Shown here in pieces: positions 40,101 through 52,500 of a stretch of 64,000 bases of DNA. The position numbers and the translations under genes are program-made. Source of the DNA: Iphione sp. A-MEVVRFRX5 (lineage: Eukaryota); NCBI GenBank assembly GCA_976226885.1, contig OZ320314.1, forward strand, positions 97,092,001 through 97,156,000. The letters are read 5' to 3'. The first letter of the stretch is position 1. The number at the start of each line of letters is the position of its first letter. The notes beneath the pieces are model-generated. The model saw only the letters and a program-made list of their open reading frames with translations. It made no database searches and was not told the origin of the DNA.

Positions 40101-42255
40101 ATAAAAATGCGATACTTTAAGTGAGGTACACACCTGTAAGGCTGTATTCACATGTATTCATATCTTTCTACATCTCTAGACCCATAGTAATCTATTTCAT
40201 AGAATCAAGTAAACCCTTCACATGTGGCAGTATCTGTCGTATGATGTTACAGGTACGGACCCATACCTGTACCTACTGAATCCATCCTGAACGAATTTTC
40301 TATGGCTATGGATCCATTTCCCATATCTAGAATGCAATAGTACAGAGACATCTGGTTAACATATTATAGCAGTTTATACACACTCTATTGTTTTTTTTGT
40401 GGCTGTGGACCCATAGACATGTTTTTTTTTCTTACGCATACATGTGAACTTTGCCTAAGGCATTCGCCTGATACATTGTATATTAACACGAGGTGTATGC
40501 ATCCTTTACATGCAGCATGAGGAGCTGTCAGTTTCATCATGAAAGCCAAGTCCTTCTTCCAAGTGGTACTAAACTTCTCTGTGAGGGTGTTAGATCAAGC
40601 ACCCGAACCTCCCCTCGTTGTTGGCCTGTAGGGTGTGAGTTACTAAAGCTGTATGTTAGTTCTAGAGCGAATTTGCGCGGGTACGATTTGGCGATGGGAC
40701 AAATAGTCGCAGAACCATTTCCTCAACATACAATATGCACAATGTTACCGATGCACGAATGAGCCCCCACCTCAATATTTTGTACTTTTGTTTCCTGACA
40801 ATCTCTGCATTTTTTAAAGCAAGGATTTTCTTACAAAAAGAACCTTTTTTAAACTTACGTATGATTCATACATTAGGAAACTTCAGTCATGAGTTGCGCT
40901 CATGACTCAAACAAATGTAGGCATCCGGGTTAAGCTTCCAAAATGTGGGACATCTTCATCGTCGTTGTTCGTCGGTGGGCCTTTGCCAAGAGAAAAATAG
41001 TCCAACAAAAAGTGATGAGCGGACGTAACTGGCAGTTCAAGTTACATGTATCACTAGTGGATGGGCACTGATAAATAGGCTCCTCTTACATCTCATCTTT
41101 CCCCTTTTTTCACATCGGCCTACAAGAGAAGATCCTACATGAAGCGCGCCACAGACAGATTAAGGACAGCTCCAAAAAGGTTCTCAGTTCTGTGCCGGGT
41201 CTTGTACCAAGCCTTTTACAGATGTCTCAGGCCTCCCAGTCACAAACCCAGTGGCTGGGGTCTCCCCCGTTCTTCTCGCCAACCGTCTGATGAAAGGCCG
41301 TTTGCTGGGCAGAATAGAAGGGTTTCAAGCCTTTGTACCCCATTGCAAGTGTTCTCATTACAGGCTCAAACTGTGACACAGAGCAGTAATGAGCACGAAA
41401 GCTTAAAATCAGCCGCGGCGAGTGCCACATTTTACATGAAGTCTCTGTATGATATTGGCGCTAAGTACGTACTTCCTCCCGAGGCTGTTCATGTCTATTT
41501 AACCCATCCACTGTCCAGGTACGCGTATACATTGTATTTGATTTTACCACACATACTTTAAACTATATCTCACAGTGTCCCATTCCAAAAATATTAGCCA
41601 GCATCACAAAATATTCATTGCTGCTTTCCATTTTACCAGTGTAATTTTTATTACACACTTCGATATGGTTGTAAAGATTGTGCGTTTACAATGTCATCGT
41701 TGAAAGCGTGGACAGGCCGTTGTTAAGTCCATTATGCAGTGTAGGGCCATTAGTATTCGGGAGCAGCCGCACGGGAGTCTGTTCACACGCAATACATTCG
41801 CACACATTCCTTTGATGAGAAGCAGCAATCCTTTATAGTGATTTAGTATCAAAAACCTCTCTGTGTGTCGGGGGATGGCGGTGTTCAAATTGACTAGGTC
41901 GCGTATGGTGATATGAATTTGACGTGTACTCGGTAGCTTTCCGAAACCCTTTTACGAGCACAATGTAAATGAAAAGGATGTTGGCCGCACATGATTTAAA
42001 ATGAGGCATTGTGGAACAAGGAAAATTCAAACCGAAGTGCCTGTTTTCACACAGAGCGCCTCTCATTGCTGCTCATAAAGTGAAAAGGTATACATGTCGA
42101 TTTATTGCAATAAACCACCAGGAGCGTATGGCTTTGTTTTTCAAGTTTTAACCTTTCGTTCAGGCAATATTGGGTTATTTATTTACAAGATTGGACATGG
42201 TAGTGTGCAAGGGAATTAAAATTTTCAAATACGTTGTGCGGCGTTAATATCGATA

Positions 42256-42327
42256 TTCTCTTCTTCTTCTTCTTCTTTTTCTTTTTCTCCTTCTTCTTCT
42301 TCTTCTTCTTCTTCTTCTTCTTCTTCT
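42256..42327. repeat. (TTC)n microsatellite
   Basis: Interrupted TTC run. It explains the spurious poly-Arg ORF 42244-42459 (-). Confidence 0.95.
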
Positions 42328-43457
42328 ATTTAGCATATTAGCGTCCGTGGCAGTGCAATTAGACAAACTCAAATGCAGCATGTTTGCACAACACAATGAC
42401 GATGAAAATGCGAAGATGTATCGAATATAATTATTGAGCTTTGCCGTACATTTCAACATCTTTCTCCACCTAACAACAAGTCAATAAAAATACAGACGAA
42501 TGATAATAACGGTATCATGGGTAATTCTATTTTCCCATGGTTATCCTGACGAGAAGAGCACCTTTTTTTCGCTTTTTCTCTAGCAGGGCTTTTCAGGGCA
42601 AGACTGCTCATGTTCCAAGTATCTCGTGTAGAATTCACCTGCAGTGAACAGACCCCGCCACCAACGCCTACTCAACCCCTGCTGGTCGCGACCGGATGTG
42701 ATAAACGTCGCACATTCATTATGGTATAGCTAACAGAAGGAAGCCAGCAATCTCATACAGCAGCCCCCGCCCCTCGCTTTCTGCCCACCTGGCTTCCGCC
42801 TGCACCCCCCCCACACACACCCGCCCTCCTCGCCCGCCATACTAGCGCTGATCCTGACCCCTTCTCCGTAGCTCAGCGATCAACCTACTCGCCCTTCTCC
42901 ACTGTCACCGCACCTCTGCTGCTTGTTTCCAGTCGACAGACAGGCGTTGGTGGCATCGAGTTGTCGACAGACCGACGCTCGGCAGACACATATACATTTT
43001 CACGAGTGCGCCCTGTATGCCGTGTTATTTCGTTAGGGTGTTTTTTTTCTGAGTCTTGTTTTTCGGTTTTCATCGGCTAACTTTCCCGCCTTCGCCCTAC
43101 TGGAAAATGAGCCAATCTCACGCTGACGTGATTCAAGGCGAGAGAGTGAAGAAGAATCAAGCGGGAGACGCTGACAAAAAAGACCCTTACGACTTACAGA
43201 AAAAAAGTGCCATGGGAACCGGTGCCGAGGGTCGAAGTGACAGTTGGGCACGGATGAACGCCACGGGAGGGCATGTGGGCGACTCGTATTACTTGCTATC
43301 TGGCCCTTCCTCACGGGTTATGGGACGTAAACGGCCAGGCTACAGCTAATATCCCATCCCATGCCCCTCCCATGAGCTAGCGTCTGCCATCTCATACGGC
43401 CCAACGCGAGCCAGGAATAATTTAATCTATCACGCAGCTGCCCACCAGAATGCTGAA

Positions 43458-43597
43458 TCCCTCCCTCCCTTCTTCCTCTTCCCATTCCTCCATCCCTTCA
43501 TCTCTCCCTCCCTCATTCCCTTCCTCTTCCCCCCTATTCTTTCCCCCCCCCTCCTCCCTCCCTTCGTGCTCCTTCCCCTCTCTCCCTCCCTCCCCCC
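43458..43597. repeat. Homopyrimidine/homopurine tract of about 140 bp
   Basis: Almost entirely C/T on the + strand, ending just before caacAG (43601-43602). Confidence 0.85.
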
Positions 43598-43849
43598 AAC
43601 AGGGTGACTTATCTGCTACGAAGTAGACGGCAACTGGGTGGGGAGCCTATGTATCATATCACCGGAATCTGATGTTACTCATCGGGAACGGATGAAGAGC
43701 TGCGGTCTAGAAAGCCTAAGATTCATGCGTGGCAAACGTTCGACGACCTTCTATCCCAACTACATGGGTGGCTGGATGGGTGGGGCTCTCAGAGGGAAAG
43801 GATGATAGTGAAAATAAGGTTATACATGCTTTTGTATGTCTCTCTTGAC

Positions 43850-44050
43850 GTATGTATATATATATATATGTATGCATGTATGTATCTACTATGTATGCAT
43901 GTACATGTTTGTACAATGTACATGTAGATTATACACATAGTTATGTATGTACCTGAATTCACGTATTATTTGTTAGAATTATCTCTCTCATTATATACAC
44001 ACATATATATGCACATGCGCACGCATCTGTGGGACCATGTATGTATATGA
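43850..44050. repeat. TA/TACATG-rich low-complexity region
   Basis: Runs of tatata, tgtatgcatgta and gtacatgt. Confidence 0.75.
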
Positions 44051-47000
44051 ATATACCAATTACTCAGAAGCGTTCCCCTCAAGAGGCTCCCTTAAAAGCC
44101 TTGCCAGCAGCTCCTTACAAGCAAGTGGAGTCGACAAAAGAGAGCTGCTATGCCTTCCTGTACGACCTTCCAGGTGTCTTTAAGTAAGCCCTCGACAAGA
44201 TCGGAACCAATAAAACATGCGGCCGTGCAAGTCGGACTCTTTGGTCGAGGTTCAATAACATCAGCTTTATTGGATGAGGTGGCCGCGCAAGCACTTAGAT
44301 AATCTTATCAGACGCCGATAACGACGCCGGCGGAGACGACGTCCCCCCCCCCCCTGCCCATCTGTATGTGAACCATGTGAGGGTGATTTATCAAAACATT
44401 ATTCTTATCGGTCCGTCCGAGCTTCTAAGCCCGGATCTTCAGATAACGTTCTGCTGCCAAATAATCGAAGAAGCTCCTTTTTTGCGCTTATAGCCAAGGG
44501 ATGGGCGGTGTCGTCTTTCGCTCTCACGCTTTTGGGAAGCCACGTCCGGAGGCCTTTCCGAGGAAATCATGCTCTCAAGATCCAGGTCGAATCGACCACA
44601 TCGTTTTCCCCCCCTGATAATGAATTTCTCTCTGATGGGAAAGTCACCAATATCTGGCAGTGGAAGGACGCAATTGGGTAGCAACTTAGACCAATTAATT
44701 CTGGAATGTGCCTATGACATTACAAAAGATACCTCGCCGCTTGACTTTCTTTTGCCACACGCTACAAGTACCAAGCGTTTCTCAGCATCACTGTGGTTAA
44801 GGTAATAACTATGGCTACTGTATTTTTTTCTCTACAAAGGGAACGTCTTGATTTTCAAGTTGCGAGGTCTTCGATAGGGGCTTTGTCATAAGAAATATTC
44901 ACAATTATAGATGCATGGTATTCATAACTGTGCATGCAGCTTGATTCTTAGTGTGAAAATATCAGTACTGAAGCAGTTCAATTTATGGACACCTCACCTT
45001 TACAAGAGGGCAATTATTTTCTACACAAAATCAACCTACATATGAGCGCAACCTTCAAATGGGTTTGTCTGGTGGGAGTGGCTAATAAACATTGTGCATT
45101 TACAAAATATTCTTCAGGACAGTAGGCATTACTGTCCTCTCCGCAGGAGACGAAATGGTCCAGGTTTATTTTCAAATGGGTCATTTCCTTTCGGAAAATT
45201 AAAGCAAAGGTTAAAGCAAAGCAAATTAAAAGCAAAGGTTCTCTCATAAAAGAAAAATTTGATCAGTTAGTGGCTTCGGGGTCAAGCATTAAGGATGATG
45301 GCAACCTCAAGGGAGAAGCTACTGTTGCGGACAAAAGATAAAGCAAATATTGTTACACTATCCAGGATCTATAATAGTAGGGCATAAGGTGAGTCTTCTG
45401 AAGCATCTCGTTCTTCGTTGCTTTAGTCCAGTGATACATTGTTCACAACATTACCAGGTAATGTACCGTGACTGGTCTGTAAAATGGCAGAGGGTTCACT
45501 GTAAGAAATGGACAATGCACCTTACTCACTTTTATGTCTGTTACCATCTACAGTTCAGAAACATTGACACTGCATATCTAAAAAGGTAAACTCATATGAT
45601 AAATATGGCTTCAGGCCTTCTGCCACCTATACATTGTTAAGTTCTACTGGTCATGAATACTTCCTGTACATCATTTCTTCCGAGGATTTTATACGCCACA
45701 CGAAAAAAAAACTGTTATACTTCTCCCTTTGTTGAAAGGTGCACCATAAATGCCAGGCTGTATAGGTTGCATCCTGAGGAAGCGTTGATGGCAAGGGCAG
45801 GGCGGGAAGTGCCTTGGTGTAGGGGAGAAGTGAGGACGATATACAAGACTCATCAAACAAAGAATGCTGCCAATGAATTGCGGCCCGGCACTTGGTAGCG
45901 ATTTATGAGTGTTACTCACAGTATCCGCCGCCACTATCGGCGCGGGTAACGGCCGGCGACGCCTTTGTTGTTCGTTCATAAAGCGGCGCGGCAAGATCGG
46001 AGCTTGAGGGACGATTGGGTTTGTTCCAGCGCCTGCCGAGTGGAGCGGTGCTAAAGCTGCAGGTGCTTGGACCATAATGGGACGAGTCCCCCTATAGCGG
46101 TGTGTATTTGGTGGAGATGTTGGACTGGTGGGAGCTGGAGACCGGCTGTCGTCACGTGTGCCACAAGGAAGATGGGGTATAGCGACGACGAGTACGTCTA
46201 ATGCCTTCAACAGATGGCCTCAAGCACACCGCCAAGCATGTGTGTTGATATGACCTGCCTATTTACCTGAGGACTGCTGGGACTGACGCAAATCCCGCTC
46301 AGCAAGCGCGAGGTCCGGGCCTTTTCCAGACACGAGTGGGAAGGGTGCATAGAATTGCTATACCTGAAAAGGCGGGCATAACAACCTTCCGCTATGCTAC
46401 TATATAATGATGTCTTACTGAATGCCATTATAGTAAGTGGCTGAGAACCTGGATAGAATGCACTGTGTACGTTCGTAAAGATATTTGACACACATTCACA
46501 GCTTAATACTCTGTGAAGAGCAAAATGTGGCAACAGCCCGGCAGCCTTCCTCTCTAGATAACAGCACAGGTTTATAATGGTATCTTGTTGAATACCCTTC
46601 AGAGAATGCAGCTCAATCCTGAAAGAGGGCGTTGTACACGTTCATAAAGACCTCTGGCAGACATTCAGGTCTTAACAATACAGCACCATATAAACAACAA
46701 AATAACCGTCGTCTTGATATAATGGTGCTACTTTAGAATGCCAGCTTACTGAATACCTTTATATACCATTATAGTATGCAACTTGAAACTCCAGAATACA
46801 TTTTGTATGTCCTTAACACACTTTCACATCGTAAGAATTGAGTACTTTATAAACAAGAAAATCATATCAAAACAGCTGGCGTCGTAAACACTGATACCGT
46901 ATGAAGTGATGGATTGATATTTTGGTTAGAAAAAAGAAAAGCTGATACCGCTCTAGAGACTGCCATGAAGGTAAACCAGACAAACTTATCCTAAGTAATT

Positions 47001-48240
47001 CTACGGGGTATAATTTTCATCGTTTATCAGTATAAATGGAAGTGGATACAAGAACGGGAATCATTTTATGCTGTTGGACTCTTTTGCCATAGGGAATCTG
47101 CGCTTAACCTTAGAGAACTTGAACTTTTTTCTTCTCCTTTTTTAAAAATGCTACGAGGCACTTCATCCTCCGTGACTTCTCTTCCTGGAAGTAATACCGA
47201 CATCAGCATTCGTCGCCATGACGATAGTCCATACACAAATATTTCCTCACCCTTTGGCACCATGAATGTAGTTTTTGTTGTAGTCTCAGACCCCTCTAGC
47301 TGGCACCTTTCCCATTTGAGGGGTAAATATTTATGTTGGGAGGCGGAGTAGCTTTTGGTCTCCTTCACGCAACACATGTCGGATTCCGACTTAGTACGTC
47401 GGGCAGATCCTCAGCAATGCTGCATACTGTAGAGTAAGGCGATTACAACTTATATATGTGGCCGGAGACCATACACTCTGCTTACGTATACTGTGAAGTA
47501 GGAAGCAGTCTTTGTTGAAGCCATGCAGTGGCTTCTGTACCTACCTCATGACCGCTCAATCTGACGTATGAAATATCGAGTACGTATAAACCAAGGTTGA
47601 AATATAATCATTCATATGAATAGTCATTTCGTAATCAACCCGTAGGATATGTAAATATATTTACCATCAATTTCACCGTAAACTATTCGTACGTAAAGTT
47701 TTCAACATTTCCTCCACGTCAGGTCTGTAGTTATTAAGATGGTAGAGAAATCAGCACAGGCCATTGGGAAAAATAAATGATTTTTGTCTAACTTTCCCAT
47801 CCACTTTTCCCGTCACTCCGATTTTTAAAAGCACTAGAAGACATCGTATCAGTTGGGACGGAACCATACATTTTTTAAAAGACCTGTCATAACCTGCAGG
47901 CAATGCCTCCGGGCTTCACAGGGAAAATTACATTAACGCTACGTTCAAAAGCCGCGTGGCCGGCAACTTTTTATACCGAACGTACATATATCTCTACATG
48001 TAACAGCCGCACGAAATAGGTTGATTGTACATTCAATGTTTATATTAACCTTTATTTAGCCAGACGTTTTCGATGGATTCTATAAAAAACACAAAATATT
48101 TCTCTTTCTTTTGGACAGCAAAGACTTTACATATTGCACTTGCCGCTTACGTGCATGTATTCCAAGGACTTAGAGGGTTTCCAAAATACTATATTTACGC
48201 TACCCCTCCATATCGGCAACACAAATCCGTTATATGAGTA

Positions 48241-48298
48241 TCACGTGATGATGTGCCTGTCACGTGATTGATTCATATATCAATTCAGGTCACGTGGT
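48241..48298. promoter_or_regulatory. Cluster of three TCACGTG E-boxes
   Basis: TCACGTGA (48241), GTCACGTGAT (48259), GTCACGTGGT (48289). Confidence 0.45.
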
Positions 48299-48532
48299 AT
48301 AATCGACACACTAAGTCAGTATCTCTATGGCGAAGTGGTTCATTACATTAACGTTTTATAGTTTCTGGGACGAGGTAATTGTTAGTGAACCTTACATATG
48401 GGTAAACAATTGTAACTCTAATACATACGTACATACATACATATAACGCGCCTACACTTACATACATGCCTTCTGAGCTGAGCCTCTTCAATGTGTATGT
48501 ACTTTGTCCACTTTATGACACAAACATGCAAT

Positions 48533-48661
48533 NNNNNNNNNNNNNNNNNNNNNNNNNNNNNNNNNNNNNNNNNNNNNNNNNNNNNNNNNNNNNNNNNNNN
48601 NNNNNNNNNNNNNNNNNNNNNNNNNNNNNNNNNNNNNNNNNNNNNNNNNNNNNNNNNNNNN
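48533..48661. other. Assembly gap (129 N)
   Basis: Run of N characters; the true length is unknown. Confidence 0.99.
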
Positions 48662-49499
48662 TATCAGCTTCTAATAAATCGGTTGCTGAAATTCGCAGGC
48701 AGGGGGATGTACTCTATTCGGAAAAAAAACTAATGCCACCAGATGTGGTTCAATACATGCTGTTGTAGGGTCTGATTACATAAATCCGTGGATGTATCCG
48801 TGCAAGTGGTAGCGTCCATCTCTCCTGTTACCACCCGCCTCGCTATCCCCGCCGCGCCTGCTTCTCAAGCATTTACATGAAACCTGCAAAATGATATACA
48901 TGCTTCAAACCAGCTGTTCAATGGAAATAAGAGAGGGATGTGAGGTTTGAAGGGCACCGCAGTGAACCGCATGGGGTTGTCACTGAAACATTACAAGGCA
49001 ATGGGCCTGAAATACATTGACGTAAATATGTCGACAGTAATATATTGCAACATTACATACCTTTTTAGATCATAAAGATTGAGATAATTCCTGAAATAAT
49101 GGCCATATTTACATATATGTATATATATACATAGCTTTCAACACCAACGTTGATAGTTGCTGACTGTGTATGGTATGGTAGGGTAACTGTTTTTTACAAT
49201 CAAACCTTCTGGCTCTGAAGGTATTTCAATCGGGATAGTAGTATTTTTTTGGGTGATGTTTACCCTGTAGGAGAATAGAACCCATATGTGGCAACAGCTA
49301 CAGTTAGACACTTCATGGGGTCTTAGGTGCTATACCAATCAACGTACTTGGGGCGCATTGTAATGGAATCTGGTGTACAGTTACAGGCGGCTTTACTTAA
49401 ATGCTATATTATTGTTTGGTAGCTGAACGTCAGGGACGCCATGAAATGTCACAGAGGTGATGCTAGCTGCAGGTAGAACCGGAGCTGGCTTTTCTACAG

Positions 49500-49561
49500 T
49501 CCTGGATCGTGGGGAGCCGATAGAAATGCGGCCTCCAAACCACTAGACGTTATTCATCATG
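49500..49561 (+). CDS. Candidate 62-nt coding exon (phase 2 to phase 1) upstream of the discoidin exon
   Basis: Acceptor ...ttctacAG| with a short pyrimidine tract, strong donor ATG|gtgagt. The open frame x-PGSWGADRNAASKPLDVIHH-(A) joins in frame to 58588. No homology recognised. Confidence 0.3.
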
Positions 49562-52500
49562 GTGAGTTAATGTCAAATGCCACTCTCTATCGCACTCGCC
49601 GGTGCTTACTCCCTGAACCATATGGTTCCTAATGGGGCGTGCCATGAAATCCAAGATATCGCCTCGGCACTGTACCTGCGCTCAGAACAAAAACGGATCC
49701 ACGAAGGCCAATGGTATTCTTCGCGATCGTTTTTAAAAGAAAATGTATACCGGAAACGTCTTTGCCTGTGCTTACTTTCATCGACATACACAAATGAAAC
49801 TTTGTAAATCCACATTCACAACACTTAAACCAATGGTTTATAGAACGATTGTAATGACAATGGGAATGATAATAATTCGGGTATCTCTTTCTCTAGATCA
49901 TTTATGGATTTAGGAAATACTGTCATTCATTGATACGCAGGGATATCGCTGTTTACAAGCCAGTACAAATTTATCACGAGGGCATCAGCCCCCAAATAAT
50001 GTGGTGTTCAGGAGGTCTGCGTCCTTAGTTTTTAGACGTATACATTACCCGCTGATGTATGGATGGGTTGTCAAATCAAGGGTATTGGTATACAGATCAT
50101 ACTCTATTTCATCCACCTTGGTGAATTAAACTACATACATGCTTCGCCCAGCCATGTTAAACCTGTGCGATCCGCCCGCCAGGTGTCGACCCCTGTACAG
50201 GACCTGTCAAGTGGACGGTAGATTTGATGTACAGCTAAGAGTCCAGAAATTCCTTCTGGGAAGAGCGTTGCGCTGAGATCCGTCCCCTTCATCACACCTT
50301 TTCCTCGAGGTTATCTTGCCCAGTACAGATAGGCCTGGGGCAGCCCAGGTCAAACGGGGCCATCAGCCGTCAGGGAAAAAAGACATGCGGCAAATACAAC
50401 TATCCCCACTCCTGCCCACACCTTCCCTCTCTACTTACCTGGGTACATGCCTGAGGGGACGCGGGCGTAGGGGGGGGGAGTAGAACTTTCCCGCTGTGCA
50501 GCCCTAAACGCGGAGGCGTGACCCAGTAGGGGGCTAACAGCTGCCAGTCAGGCATGACCACCCCTCTGAGCAGAGGTGCGGACATGACCCCTCAGGTCAT
50601 GGTCAAAGCCCGCTTTCGAATGCCAACGTTGTTGGAAAGGGTGGACGCTTTGCATGTCTCTTGCTTCAGTGAACCTGCAACTCTCCTCCGGCCCGTTTGA
50701 ACAAGATATGGGATTTTTTTTTGTCTAGAGATGCATTACATATAGATCTTGCAGAAAAGAACATGATACTCTGAACAACATGCATGAATCGATTGTAGAA
50801 AACCTCTAAATCAAATACGTTGCCAGTGAGCGTACAGCACGTAGTTGCCGGTAGCACAAATCATCGCGTTTCTCAAGGCATCCTCCGCTGAGGTCCTTCA
50901 CAGTAATGGACTAGGTCTGAACCCAAGCTAAGACATTTTACACTTGTACCACTGCACTCAACACCTGCGTTCCCAACAAGAGCTGCTTTGATCTGTGGGG
51001 CATTTCTACCCAGTCTGACCCCTAGCGGTTTATGTCGACCCTAGCAGTTTTTAAGGCCGCTACACTTCAGAATGTAGCTGAAACAGATCACCAACTGTTT
51101 GCACTAACCTCTTCTTTTCTTCTCTGCTCTGTTTGATTTTTTTTGTAGCTGACTTATATGCGAGTACATAGATAACGTTTAAATGTACGTTCTACATTGG
51201 TTGGCTGTGACACTGCATCTTTTAACATTACCAAAGGCGTGTTGTGGTGAGCGGACCAAAACATGGGTGTATTTCATAAACGAACTACAACTCATTTTAG
51301 TAATTAAACTCAGTTTTTAATACTTTCGCTAATTCATCTCGTTTGGCATTCACAAAACATTTATCATCGCTCTGCCTTCATGACGCCCGCCATGAAAGAA
51401 CGATCGAAGGGGAAACGTTGCAACCAAGGTGGTATGGCCAAATAGAATAAAGGGCAAGGTCCCCATGGCAACCATGACCTGTAGCTGTTGGGTGGTGCCG
51501 CACCGAGCCCCAGGAGAGGAAGAATTCATTATCTTATCCATTTGAATCCCGCCTTGCATCAAAGGCCGCAGGGTCTGCTAATGAAATTTATGTTCGTGCG
51601 AGAGCACCCACTGGCCACAGGCCGAACCCAGGTACCGGTGGCAATCTAATTGCTGTTTGACAGAAAGAAAAGCACGAATTGGCTCAAACATAGACTTGAT
51701 TTGTCAGATAAATATACATATTTAAATATATGTATAGTTTAGTACATATTTTCACGGAGTAAAATAAACTCCTTTCGAGTGAGACATAAAAAGAAAATAA
51801 TTTGACAAGTTCGCATTATTTCACTTATATACAACATCTCAGACATGTAAAAAATGAACATATTCTTGAGTATAGGCTTAATTTCCATGTGAGCATGTTT
51901 TGATGGCCGTGGTGGTGTGTTCTCGCCATGTTATCATCAGAGCCACCTCTATGTTGCCATGCAGCGTGTAGCATGACACTGTAGTTTCAGATTCGGACGT
52001 GTACCAATTTGCATGGTGGTGCTGTCATATTTAGGTATACAAGTACAGGTACATATAAGAGTTATTTATGCAGTTGTTATTATAGTGCAGTTTTTCATGA
52101 GTTATTTCCCTACTGCGCTTTTTTGAGAGTATATTTCATTGTTGCCCAGCTGCAAGAGGGTAAGGGGAGGTAGGCAGGGATCACAACAAGATTGCCTTAC
52201 AAGACACTATTGAAAGGTTTTGGAAAATAGGGTACATAAGTGGGAAAATGATGGGAAAACACACACACAATGATACACTTGTTTTGTGTCTCCTAGTGAA
52301 GACACAGTGTCATGGTAAGATTTTTCTTCATGGCACCGCACAGCGCCATGGTAGAATGCACGCATGAAAACGAAGCATTATGCAGGAAAATTCTGCAAAT
52401 GGAGCACATATAACTTACAACCAATTGCCTGATGCTGGCTTATCGGTAAAACACCAGTGTTTTCTTCTAATCGTTCACCAGTCAGTCACTGGCAACCCTT

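Noticed and set aside
42657-42954. 13-bp perfect inverted repeat (GCCACCAACGCCT) about 270 bp apart
   Set aside because: About one such local pair is plausible by chance in 64 kb, and there is no target-site duplication.
45000-45340. Possible decayed retroelement fragment
   Set aside because: Resemblance by eye is too weak to assign; it needs RepeatMasker or Dfam.
45689-46210. 173-aa Pro-rich ORF (minus strand) with an internal gtgagt donor
   Set aside because: No family similarity recognised; the composition is explained by a GC-rich, enhancer-like patch.
47066-47377. Possible decayed transposase fragment or 103-aa ORF
   Set aside because: No catalytic motif identifiable in any frame.
48132-48153. 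TATTGCACTTG, matching the miR-92 5' end
   Set aside because: The match stops after 11 nt and there is no complementary arm to form a hairpin.
49261-49282. TACCCTGTAG, matching the miR-10 5' end
   Set aside because: Only 10 nt match and there is no hairpin, so it is not evidence for a Hox cluster.
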